Source: Eledone cirrhosa (taxonomy: Eukaryota). From it: 64,000 nucleotides of DNA. The translations under genes and the position numbers were made by a program. The notes under the pieces were generated by a model. The model worked only from the letters and a program-made list of their open reading frames with translations, ran no database searches and was not told where the DNA came from. Location: contig OZ024748.1 in the NCBI GenBank assembly GCA_964016885.1, forward strand, positions 40,176,001 through 40,240,000, read 5' to 3'. This document shows positions 22,636 through 34,777 of the stretch, piece by piece (position 1 is the stretch's first letter; each line of letters opens with the position of its first letter).

Positions 22636-22750
22636 TTGTATGAATCACAGGCTTAATTGTTTAATAAAATTTCTACACATTTATATACATGCAGCCTTAC
22701 ATAAATAGAATTATAACACATCTATATATACACACACACTAGAATTCTAA

Positions 22751-22791
<41 letters not shown>

Positions 22792-23371
22792 ATCTTATAT
22801 AAATAGAATTATCATAACACATTTATAGATATATACACACACACACTAGAATTCACACAACACTATATATATATACATATATATACATAACAGTCTTTCT
22901 TCTCTCTCTGTTTGGTTGAGCACACTTCTCTGAGTGGTTTTTGGGCTGCCCTTTCTAGCAGCTCGTCCCTCAGACACCACTGGTTCCCTGCCCTAAAACA
23001 CGCTGTGACTTCACTCTCCCACGTGTAGCTGGACAGTCTCTTTAAATTCTCTTAGAGTTGTCTGAAATGTATAGCCTTACACACGATGAACCTGGGTTAT
23101 TTTGTTTCTGTCAACTTATTGGCGAAACAGATCTCTTTGGATTTGTACGTGTGTTATATAGTTATAGAGGTGCGTATATACATTTTAATTTATATTTTTA
23201 ATAATTGTGTGTCTACTCTGCCTTCCATAGATTATAGACTCCATACACTGGTGGTTTTCCCTGTTTTATTGATGGCACACTATCTCTCCACTATGTCCCA
23301 CCCTTGCACGCAGGGAAAAGCAGACGTAAAATGATGATGATGATGGTGATATATATATATATATATTTTTG

Positions 23372-23411
<40 letters not shown>

Positions 23412-23469
23412 TGACCATGCTGTAAAATGGAGGGGTAGAGAGGGCCCTTGAGTCTAGTAAGACATCCTC

Positions 23470-26400
23470 TCTAGTGCTGGTGGCACAAATAAAAGCACCC
23501 AGTCCATGCTGTAAAGTGGCGCTGGTGTTAGGAAGGGCATCCAACCAGTGTATCAATGCCAAAACGCTTATCAGCACAGCAACATATAGATAGGAACAAC
23601 AAAATAGTTTGCAGCACTTAATGTTGGCACTCTCAGAGGTAGATCTGCTGAAATAGCGGAGATGCTGGAGAGAAGGCATGTGGATGTGTGCTGTCTGCAA
23701 GAGGTGAGATGGAGAGGTGCCTCTGCGAGACTAGTCGTAGGCAAACATCTTAGCTATAAGCTTTTCTGGGTAGGTAAGGATGATGGGTTAGGGGGAGTAG
23801 GCATTTTCCTGGCTGAGAGATGGATCAATAAGACAATAGAGGTAGCTTGAGTTAGTAATCGAATAATTAAGCTTAGATTAGTTGTAGGCAGGAGACTACT
23901 GACAATCATCTCTGCCTATGCTCCCCAAGCAGGCATAGGCAAAGAAGAGAAAGACTGCTTTTACGAGAAACTTTTACAAACAACTGCAATGACAGAGGAC
24001 GGAGACATCGTTATGCTAGCAGGGAACTTCAATGGTCATGTTGGTCAGCTCCAGGATGGTTACACTGGGGTACATAGTGGGCACGGTTACGGCTCAAGAA
24101 ATGAAGAAAGCGTTGAGACTTCTTGAATTTTGTGATGATTATTTGCAACACTAACTTCCAGAAACCTACCAACCACCTAATAACCTACAAATCTGGCAAG
24201 CATATAAGCCAGATTGGCTTCTTAGTAGTTAGGCAGCGGGACAGGCAGATAGTGTCTAATACCAAGGCATACCCTGGGGAAGAATGTACCCCACAGCAGA
24301 GGTTAGTCATTAGTGATATCTCAGTAAGCAAGAGATGGAATGAGACATACAGGAAGGTGTGGAAAAGAAAGGTCTGGAAGCTAAAAGACCTTTCACTAAA
24401 ATACAAATTTAGGAAAGCCCTTCAAGATGTGTATGATGAAAAAGAAGACGATTTAGAGACGTATGACATAGATAATAACTGGAATTTCTTACGTGACAAC
24501 TTACTGCAGGCTACTGATGAAACTTGTGGCTGGAGCAGAGCTCCAATCAGACAGAGAGCGACCTGGTGGTGGAACAGCACAGTAGATAAGGCCATTAGAG
24601 ACAAAAGACTAGCATGGAAGGCTTGGAAAAAGGGTGGGAGTAGGGAAGGATATACAGCCGCTAAGAGAGAAGCTAGACGTCAGGTGTACTTAGCACGCAG
24701 GGAGGCTGAGAGTAGGAGGTTTGCCAATGTTCTGCGACGGGAAGATCAGAGGCGTGCGGTGTTCCACATTGCAAGGTAGTGTGTCAATGCAAATCAGGAT
24801 GTTGTTGGAGATAAATGTGTCTGGAATGATGCCGGTGTACTTAGTGTCACGAATGATCAGAAAAAGGAGGCGTGGAAATGTCATTATGAGAGACTGATGA
24901 ATGTGGAGAACGAATGGGAGAGAGAGAAATTACCCTCAGTAGATCCGACAGAGGGACCAGCTATTGAGATTGACAAATATAGGGTCCAAGAGGCGACTAA
25001 GGAAATGAAAAATGGTAAGGCTGCTGGACCATCGGGGATAGTTGTTGAGATGCTGAAGGCATCAAGTGACATAGGCACTAAACTGGTTGCACGCATCATT
25101 AATCAGGCTATATATGGTGGTGTCATACCCAAACACTGGTGCAGCAGTATTCTCATAAATTGCTACAAAGGTAAAGGGGATGCTCTGGAGAGGAGCAATT
25201 ATAGGGATATAAAACTGATGGATCAGGTTATGAAAGTGGCAGAGAGAATATTAGCGCAACTGATTAGAGAAAGGGTCAATTTAGATGAGATGCAGTTTGA
25301 TTTTGTGCCTGGGAAGAGTACAACAGATGCCCTCTTCTTGGTGAGACAATTACAAGAGAGGTTCTTAGAGAAAAATAAGCCACTATACTGGTGGTCCCTA
25401 AGGAAACTAGGTGTTGAGGAATGGCTTGTGGGGACAGTGCAAACTTTGTACAGAGGTACTGTCAGTAAAGTCAGGGTAGGAATGGAGTTTAGTGAGGAAT
25501 TCCAGATACAAGTAGGAGTACATCAGGGTTCGGTCCTCAGCCCGCTCTTGTTCATTATAGTCCTCCAAGCCATAACAGAGGAGTTTAAGACTGGCTGTCC
25601 ATGGGAACTTCTCTATGCTGACGCTCTGGTTCTTATAGCAGAATCAGTAGAGGAGCTAGAGAATAAATTCTGGCTATGGAAACAGCAGTTGGAAGAAAGA
25701 GGACTGAGAGTGAACCTAGCTAAGACAAAAGTGTTGATGAGTAGAAAAGAGAACAAAACTCTGATTCCGTCAGGGACATGGCCATGTTCGATATGCAGAA
25801 AAGGAACTGGCATAAATTCTATAAAATTCACACAATGCAGATCCTGGGTACACAAGAGATGTAGCCGGATAGCAGGCAAACTAACAGGTAGGGAGAAATA
25901 CGTATGCAGATGTACAGGGAAATTAGACAGTAGAAGTCGCATTGATAGACACATTTTTCAAATGCAGGCGGGTGCTATAGAAGTGGTGGATAGCTTCCGG
26001 TACATAGATCAGATTAGCATGGGAGGAGGGTGTTCCGAGGCCATAGTATCTAGAATAAGGACGGGTTGGAAGAAGTTTATAGAGCTGCTTCCTCTGTTGA
26101 CGAAGAAGGGTTTCTCCCTGCGTACGAAAGGTCGGTTGTATGAATCCTGTGTGAGGAGCGCGATGCTGCATGGTAGTGAGACATGGGCAGCAACTGCAGA
26201 GGATATGCGACGGCTGGAGAGAAATGAGGCAAGCATGCTCCGTTGGATGTGCAGTGTAAATGTGCGTGAGCGAGCCAGCATAAATGTGTTGAGAGAGAAA
26301 CTGTGTCTGAGAGGGATAGAATGTAGTGTATGGGAGAGGAGACTGAGGTGGTATGGACATGTGATGCGCATGGAGGATGACCGATGGGTGAAGAAGTGCC

Positions 26401-26612
26401 AGGAAATGCCAGTTGAAGGAAGACGTGGTAGAGGTAGACCACGAAAAACATGGGCGGAGGTGGTGAGAACAGACATCAGATCATTGAAGCTCACGGTGGA
26501 GATGACGAAGGACCGTGACGAGTGGAGAGATGCTGTGCTGAATAAGACCCATCCCACCCTTGCAAGCAGGGAAAAGCGGACGTAAAATGATGATGATGAT
26601 GATGATGATGAT
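23470..26612 (+). mobile_element. RTE-clade LINE, subfamily B, near full length, degenerate
   Basis: ORF pieces 23662-23850, 24123-24779 and 24897-26585. YADA replaces YADD, DLEKAFD is deleted, and the ORF ends directly at the (GAT)n tail. Confidence 0.92.
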
Positions 26613-26616
26613 ATAT

Positions 26617-26880
26617 ATTAGAATTGGTGCTCTGAAATAGCGATGTATATATGAATGTATATATAGTATATTTGGCAATATACTGTATGCTTAATTAAAA
26701 GCATTTTGAAGACCTTGCGCCATTATTTTAAAGTAATGACTATGTCACTTCTTTTTTCAACAAACAAAAGAAGTAAGTGACATAGTCACTAATTTAAAAT
26801 AATAGTGCAAGGTCTTCAAAATGCTTTTAATTAAGCATACAGTATATTGCCAAATATACTATATATACATTCATATATAT
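26617..26880. mobile_element. Fold-back remnant of the ribozyme-repeat family (lacks the hammerhead)
   Basis: ~110-bp inverted arms; shares gctctgaaatagc and aaagcattttgaagacc with 47685-48390 and 61466-64000. Confidence 0.75.
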
Positions 26881-26883
26881 ATA

Positions 26884-29467
26884 TAAAATTTAAAAGCATA
26901 TTACTTGATGCTTTTGACAGTAAGGAAGAGCAATTCGAGACATACAGTATAGAGAAACAGTAGGAATTCCTGAAAGTTAACCTGCTGAAGGCGACAGATG
27001 AAATCTGTGGCTGGAGCAGACCTATAGGCAGGAGGAGAGTAACATGGTGGTGGAACAGTAAGGTGGAGGAGTCAATCAAGGCCAAAAAGCAGGCTTGGAA
27101 AGTATGGTGGGATGGGGGAAGTAGAGAACACTATCAAGTGGCCAGGAGGGAAGCTAGTAGACAAGTGTACTTTGCAAGAAGGGAAGCAGAGGAAAGAAAG
27201 TTCAAGCATGTTCTACAACGCGAGGACCAAAAACGTGAGGTGTTCAGGATTGCTAGACAATGTGTCAAGGAAAACCGTGATATTGTCGGGGAGAAGTATG
27301 TCCATAATGATGATGGTATACTTGCCATCACCGATACTGATAAGAAGGTAGCTTGGAAGTGTCACTACGAGAGGCTACTAAATGAGGAGAATAAGTGGGG
27401 AAAAGATAATCTGCCCCAAATTGATCCAATAAAGGGAGCAGCAGTGCAAGTTGAAAGTAGTATAATAAGTAAAGCAATCAAAGATATGAAGACAGACAAA
27501 GCAGCTGGGCCTTCGGAGATAGTTGCTGAAATGCTGAAAGCATCTGGATCGGTGGGACACACTATGGTCACCCGGATAGTAAACCAAGTCATACAGAATG
27601 GGGTCATACCAAATGACTGGCATAGCAGCAGCATCATCATTAACTGCTACAAGGAGATGCCCTAGATAGGGGAAACTATAGAGGCATTAAATTAATTGAC
27701 CAGGTCATGAAGGTCACAGAAAGAGTTATAGTGCAACTAATCAGAGAGCGAATTGATCTAGATGAAATGCAGTTTGGGTTTGTGTCAGGTAAAAGTACAA
27801 CAGATGTTCTTTTCATTGTACGACAACAACAGAAGTACCTAGCTAAAAGTAAACCCCTCTACTTAGCTTTTGTTGACTTGGAGAAAGCCTTTGACAGAGT
27901 CCCCCGCTCCATTATTTGGTGGGCTCTTAGAAAACTAGGTGTTGATGAATGGCTTGTGAGAGCTATACAAGCCATGTATAAAGAAACAGTCAGCAAGGTT
28001 AGAATTAACAATGAATATAGTGAAGAATTTATCGTAAAAGTTGGTGTTCATCAGGGCTCTGTCCTTAGCCCCCCCCCCCCTATTTATTATTGCCCTTCAG
28101 GCTATAACAGAGGAGTTCAAGACCGGCTGCCCATGGGAACTTCTATATGCAGATGATCTAACGCTCATAGCTGAATCAATGGCTGAACTAGAGAAGATAT
28201 TCCAAACATGGAAGCATGGCCTAGAATCAAAAGGCCTTAAAATTAACTTGTCTAAGACTAAAGTTCTAGTATGTAGGAAGGAAAATAGGGCACTAGTCCC
28301 CTCTGGGAAATGGCCATGCTCAGTGTGTAGGAAAGGAGTAGGTAGAAACTCCATTTTATGTCCCAAATGCAAAGTATGGGTGCATAAAAGTTGTAGTGGG
28401 ATCACAGGTAAGCTAACCAAGAACATAGATTTTATATGTGGCCAGTGCTCAGTTGCAATAAGTAGCAAGTGCCCACATGATACTAGCTCCTTCCATTGCC
28501 CAGATGGTTCTATAGAAATAGTGGACACTTTCCGTTACCTGGGTGACAAAATCAGCAGTGGTGGAGTGGTGCTCTGAAAGTACAGTAGCTAGTGTCAGAA
28601 ATGGATGGAAATCGTTCAGAGAGCTCATACCACTATTGGCCACTAAAGGTTTCTCTCTAAAAATGAAAGGCAGGCTGTACGATGCCTGCATACGAACAGC
28701 AATGTTACATGGCAGTGAGACATGGGCATTGTGTGCAGAGGATCTGCGCAGACTGGAGAGGAACGAAGCATGCATGCTCCGTTGGATGTGTAATAGTAAT
28801 ATATGTGAACAGCAAAGCATAAATGAACTAAGTGAGAAATTATGAATAAGAGGGATCAGATGCTGTTTACTCGAGAGAAGACTACGTTGGTATGGTCACG
28901 TGATGCGCATGAAAAACAGTTGTATAAAAAAGTGCAGGGCGATAAAAATAGATGGAAGCTACGGAGTAGGTAGACCCAGAAAAACCTGGGACGATTTGAT
29001 AAATTCCGACCTTACACACTTACACCTCTCCAAGACAATGTCACACGACCGAGATCTTTGGTGCTACGCAGTAATACAGAAGACCCACCTTGCCTAAGTA
29101 CAAAGCGAAACCTCCAGTCAGTAGGCACCTCTTAACCAAAAATACACCCCCATCCCACTACCCCTACCACCACCCCTCTCTCTGTAATGTTGGTACCACA
29201 ACATCCAGTCCTAAATAAATGAGGTCGTGTAGGTGTCATGACAAAAAAACACAGTCCACGTTGTAATGTGGCCGTGTAGGTAACACGGTAAAAACCTCCC
29301 AGTCCACACTGTAAACGTGGTTGGTGTTAGAAAGGGCATCCAGTAGAAAACCTGCCAGACAGTCCTATACGAGCAAGACAACCAATCTTGCCTCAAGTGG
29401 GACAATTCCTGTCTAAACCCATGAAAGGGAGGAAGATAGACGTTAAACGATGATGATGATGATGATA
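26884..29467 (+). mobile_element. RTE-clade LINE, subfamily A, 5'-truncated degenerate copy 3
   Basis: Fragmented ORFs 27063-29097 homologous to the 932-aa ORF; same 3' UTR and (GAT)n tail. Confidence 0.92.
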
Positions 29468-29518
29468 CACACACACTAGAATTCTCACAAAACTATATAT
29501 ATATATATATACACATAC

Positions 29519-29745
29519 ACAGTTTTATATAAATAGAATGTGTGGCTTAGCGGTAATGGTGTTGAGCTCAAAATCATAAGTTCAATTCTCAGAGTGACTC
29601 ATTGTGTCCTTAAGCAAGACACTTCATTTCAAGTTGCTCCAATCCACTCGAGTTGCAAAAACACAGGTTCCCAGCTGTATTGACTTTTGTCTCTCCATTG
29701 GACAACATTGGTAGCATGAAGAAGACTGGCTTGCACAAAACACCT
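29519..29745 (+). mobile_element. tRNA-derived SINE (degenerate)
   Basis: A-box-like tggcttagcgg, B-box-like gttcaattc, then ttgtgtccttaagcaagacacttcatttc; related to 39380-39568. Confidence 0.6.
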
Positions 29746-32700
29746 TTAACCCTTTAGTGTTCAAACCAGCCAAAACCGGCCAGAATTCTCTACCTCTTTC
29801 TGTTGAAACTCGCTGTAAACTGCTGCTGATACTGATGTTAAGATGCAGTTCTCAAAATAAATATTAAAATATAGATTCGATATTATGTGATGTAAAGGCT
29901 TCACTGTGAAATTACAATAGTATATATAGAGTAATGTAAATGTTATGTGAGATATTATGTGAGGTAAAGGCTTCAGTGAAATTACAATAGTATATATAGA
30001 GTAATGTAAATGTTATGTGAGATATTATGTGAGGTAAAGGCTTCAGTGAAATTACAATAGTATATATAGAGTAATGTAAATGTTATGTGAGATATTATGT
30101 GAGGTAAAGCCTTTACTGTGAAAATACAATAGTATATATAACTTTCTTTTTATTTGCCACCAGGGCATCAAAGAATGGGACAAGTACAATGGGGGGAGTT
30201 TACATAAAAAGGCGTCCTCAATAAGGAGGAGGCAATAACAAGATATAAAAAATAATATATGAAATATAACAAAAATAAATTTAATAACAAAATCCTCAAT
30301 AGAGAGGAGGCAGGCGCCTTGGGGGGTTGCACACACCGCCGAACCCTTCTCCTCAGGAGCACAGAGAGGGGGTGCTCCCTTGATCTTTCATCTTCCTCAT
30401 CTCTAGTCTGATGTAGAGTGAAGGCCCATTCACACAGGCCATTCTCGCCACTTTCACCCATCTTTCACAAAAACAGCTGGGGTGCAGCACCTCTCTCTCC
30501 ATCCTGATCCTTCTTCCGAAATGATATCGGAAGAAACGGACCAGTTGTTGGCCAGAGAGAAAGGTGTCTGACCTCAGTCCTTTCAGACGCGTCCACCATA
30601 CAACCTCTTTCGCCATGGCTATTACGCACAGAAACACCGCATCTTCTTCGTTTTTGAAGATGGGAGGCGGCTTGATCGTTACAATAGACTCGGTGGTCAA
30701 CCGGATCGGTCCCACCCTTGACAGCAGTTGTTCGACATAGCCCCACAGATCGGCAATGCCTGAGCAGTGTACCAATGCATGTGCAAGTTTCCTCGTCGCA
30801 CAAGCATCTGGGACAGATCTTTTTCGAGGGGTCCTTACCCGGGTGCCCGTGTCTGTAGAGCCTTTCTCGAACAGGCAGAGCCACTCGGTAGCACTGCCAG
30901 GCCAGGGACCTCTGGAAGTTATCCATGGGTCCCGGGCTGAATGTCCTACCGAACAGGTTGGCAGGTTCGTTTTCCTCCATGTCTAGGGCTTCTCCGAGGG
31001 CGTCGTCGCACCTGCTAACCACCAGCCCTCTATAGAATGACGAGGTGGAGTCTCCACTGACAGCCGGGTCTGCCTGCCAGAGAGCCATGAGCGCCTGGGC
31101 ACACTCAGTGTGCCCAGGCGCCCAGTTTTCTCGGTCTTTGTTTGACCCAGGATTGCAGCTCGGTGAGCGAGACGAGTCTGGGAAAGGCTCACCTCACAAA
31201 CGTGTTTACGTATCATCAGCCACGGCATCCCCAGCCCTCCTTTCGAAGGGTGTTGACAGCAGATGGATCTCCTCACCATAGGAGCCCGCTTCTTCCAAAG
31301 TGTTTTGTTTTGGTTTGAGCTGTGGTTGTTGTTTTTGTAGTGGTGGTTGTGGTGATTGTGTTGGTTGTGCAGTTGTTGGTGGTGTAGGCAGGATTGGGGT
31401 TTTCTTTTTAAGTTGAGGACAGACAGCCCTCAGGTGACCTCTGGCTCCACAGAGGTAACATGAAGGCCGCCTACCCTCAACGGTAATGTTGATAAAAGTT
31501 TGATCATCCAATATGACGCGTTCAGGGATCTGGGCGATCCTTTCGGGCTCATTTGAACTACAAGTTCGAGGCCCGTTCCACTGAACGCGTCACCCGATGC
31601 CTTTCCCATGGATATTAGTGTGTCATCGTCTAGGTCCAGGAAACCTGTCAAAACCCACCATATGTCCACAATCGGCAGGATGGTGTGAATTTTTATTTTT
31701 TGTGTCCTTCCCATGTACGTAGGGTAGAAGGTGTATGCGGTGGATGTGATTGGTTTTATAGACAGTTTCTACTCCCGTAGAGTCTATCCTTCTGAATGAA
31801 TATGATGTCTTTCATGACATCTTTTAAAACCAGCTCTATCTCACTCTGTGATGGTTGAGCTGGTTTTTTGCTTTTGTTTGAGACTGTCCTAAACATGACA
31901 GTGTTTAGGAGTCTCCGGCTTTTTAGTTCCGGGGGGGAGTGGATCGAAAATGATCCATTTTCTCCGTACATTATGTATTTTTTGGCATCTGCCAGTAGCT
32001 CCTTCGCTTTGCTTATATCTACTGGCAGATAGTCGAGGGTTTTCCTTGCCGTCTGGGCGAAGGAGACCTTTACCTTGTTTGTGTTGCTGTTGTAGTTGGT
32101 GGTGTTGTTGTTATCATTGTTGTTAGTGTTGTTTGTTTTTGTTGTCTTTATTGTTGCTGTTGTTGTTGTTGTTTTCAGTTTCTTGTGTCGTGGTTACATC
32201 AAGTCGTCGGTCAGCAGGTGGAGAAAGTTCTACCTCTGGCTGACCTCTGCCTTTGGCATCTGCTGCTGTGCCAGTGGCAGGGGGAAGATGTGAGTTTAGC
32301 TTCCCTTTTCTTTCTTTGAATGTTGGTGAAGCTGCTTCAGCCATTTTTAACACATGACATTTTTCGAAAGATAAAATTTTTTTTTTTCAACACAATTTCG
32401 ACTAAAGGCATAGAATAATTTAAGAGACTGACCAGATCAAAATTTGACCTGGCAGTCCCTCTACAAAATGGTACAAAAATGAAGGTTTACAGTCAAGAAT
32501 TTCTATAGAAATTTAAGCATAACTTACTCGGCAAGTTTTACGCGTGTGTCCATCCCAGATAGATATATATAGAGTAATGTAAATGTTATGTGAGATATTA
32601 TGTGAGGTAAAGGCTTTACTGTGAAAATACAATAGTATATATAGAGTAATGTAAATGTTATGTGATATATTATGTAAGGTAAAGCCTTTACTGTGAAAAT

Positions 32701-33018
32701 ACAATAGTATATATAGAGTAATGTAAATGTTATGTGAGATATGTGAGATAAAGCCTTTACTGTGAAAATACAATAGTAAATATAGAGTAATGTAAATGTT
32801 ATGAGATATGTGAGGTAAAGTCTTTACTGTGAAAATACAATAGTATATATAGAGTAATGTAAATGTTATGTGAGATATTATGTGAGGTAAAGCCTTTACT
32901 GTGAAAATACAATAGTATATATAGAGTAATGTAAATGTTATGCGAGATATGTGAGATAAAGCCTTTACTGTGAAAATACAATAGTAAATATAGAGTAATG
33001 TAAATGCTAAAGAGTTAA
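29746..33018. mobile_element. TTAA-flanked piggyBac-type MITE, copy 2, with a 72-bp satellite and nested L1/Tx1 insert
   Basis: ttaaccctttagtgtt ... aatgctaaagagttaa; 72-bp units at 29883-30140 and 32562-33010. Confidence 0.7.
30142..32345 (-). mobile_element. L1/Tx1-clade non-LTR element, internally deleted
   Basis: ORF1 remnants with a CCHC knuckle (CYLCGARGHLRAVC) join near 31280 to an ORF2 C-terminus (HPSKGGLGMP, CPRC...HC). A-rich 3' end aataaaaagaaag. No EN or RT core seen. Confidence 0.8.
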
Positions 33019-33108
33019 GGTAGTACCCCAGCATGGCCACAGTAAGAAAATAAATGAAAACAGAAACACAGTAAGACAGTTTAAACGATAAGAAATATAA
33101 ACTCTTAC

Positions 33109-33186
33109 CGCTGTATCCTTTTTTAGCTTCTCTAATTCAACCAATTTTTCCCCTTTTTCATAATATTGGCTGTTGGCAGATTCACA
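33109..33186 (-). CDS. STAT5: STAT5-like exon: CESANSQYYEKGEKLVELEKLKKDTA
   Basis: tttcag/gtaaga, 78 nt, phase 0-0. Fits in frame at the start of the coiled-coil; sequence similarity alone is weak. Confidence 0.75.
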
Positions 33187-33225
33187 CTGAAAAATAAATA
33201 TTTGGAGCTTGATGATAACCCTTGT

Positions 33226-34768
33226 GTGTGGCTTAGTGGTTAGGGTGTTGGGTTAGATATGCTGGTTTGGTTTAATGGTTAGGGTGTTGGGTTAGATATG
33301 GTGGTGTGGTTTAGTGGTTAGGGTGTTGGGTTAGATATGGTGGTGTGGTTTAGTGGTTAGGGAGTTGGGTTAGATATAGCGGTGTGGTCTAGTGGTTACT
33401 GTGTTGGGTTAGATATGGTGGTGTGGTTTAGTGGTTAGGGTGCTGGGTTAGATATAGTGGTGTGGTTTAGTAGTTAGGGTGTTGGGTTAGATATGGTAAT
33501 GTGGTTTAGTGGTTAGGGTGCTGGGTTAGATATGGTAATGTGGTTTAGTGGTTAGGGTGCTGGGGTGTTGGGTTAGATATGATGGTGTGGTTTAGTGGTT
33601 AGGGTGTTGGGTTAGATATGATGGTGTGGTTTAGTGGTTAGGGTGTTGGGTTAGATATGATGGTGTGGTTTAGTGGTTAGGGTGTTGGGTTAGATATGGT
33701 GGTGTGGTTTAGTGGTTAGGGTGTTGGGTTAGATATGGTGGTATGGTTTAGTGGTTAGGGAGTTGGGTTAGATATACTGGTGTGGTTTAGTGGTTACTGT
33801 GTTGGGTTAGATATGGTGGTGTGGTTTAGTGGTTAGGGTGTTGGGTTAGATATAGTGGTGTGGTTTAGTGGTTAGTGTGTTGGGTTAGATATGGTGATGT
33901 GGTTTAGTGGTTAGGGTGTTGGGTTAGATATGGTGATGTGGTTTAGTGGTTAGAGTGTTGGGTTAGATATAGTGGTGTGGTTTAGTGGTTAGAGTTGGGT
34001 TAGATATGGTGGTGTGATTTAGTGGTTAGGGTGTTGGGTTAGATATAGTGGTGTGGTTTAGTGGTTAGAGTTGGGTTAGATATGGTGGTGTGATTTAGTG
34101 GTTAGGGTGTTGGGTTAGATATAGTGGTGTGATTTAGTGGTTAGGGTGTTGGGTTAGATATAGTGGTGTGGTTTAGTGGTTAGAGTTGGGTTAGATATGG
34201 TGGTGTGATTTAGTGGTTAGGGTGTTGGGTTAGATATAGTGGTGTGATTTAGTGGTTAGGGTGTTGGGTTAGATATGGTGATGTGGTTTAGTGGTTAGAG
34301 TGTTGGGTTAGATATAGTGGTGTAGCTTAGTGGTTAGGGTGTTGGGTTAGATATGGTGGTGTGGTTTAGTGGTTAGGGTGTTGGGTTAGATATAGTGGTG
34401 TAGCTTAGTGGTTAGGGTGTTGGGTTAGATATGGTGGTGTGGTTTAGTGGTTAGGGTGTTGGGTTAGATATAGTGGTGTAGCTTAGTGGTTAGGGTGTTG
34501 GGTTAGATATGGTGGTGTGGTTTAGTGGTTAATGTGTTGGGGTAGATATGATGGTATGGTTTAGTGGTTAGGATGTTGGGTTAGATATGATGGTGTGGTT
34601 TAGTGGTTAGGAAGTTGGGTTAGATATGGTGGTGTGGTTTAGTGGTTAGAGTGTTGGGTTAGATATGGTGGTATGGTTTAGTGGTTAGGGAGTTGGGTTA
34701 GATATGGTGGTATGGTTTAGTGGTTAGAGTGTTGGGTTAGATATGATGGTGTGGTTTAGTGGTTAGGG
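33226..34768 (+). repeat. 39-bp G/T-rich minisatellite, ~39 units
   Basis: Unit gtggtgtggtttagtggttagggtgttgggttagatatg. Confidence 0.93.
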
Positions 34769-34777
34769 TCTCAAGTC

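Noticed and set aside
20746-22648. Long Y/I/H/T-, S/P/L- and R/E/G-rich ORFs
   Set aside because: Microsatellite translations; only 22105-22198 is a supported exon.
29519-29600. tRNA gene
   Set aside because: A- and B-box-like motifs but no cloverleaf, and it continues into a SINE body.
33226-34768. Interstitial telomere
   Set aside because: TTAGGG occurs singly within a 39-bp unit, not as tandem hexamers.
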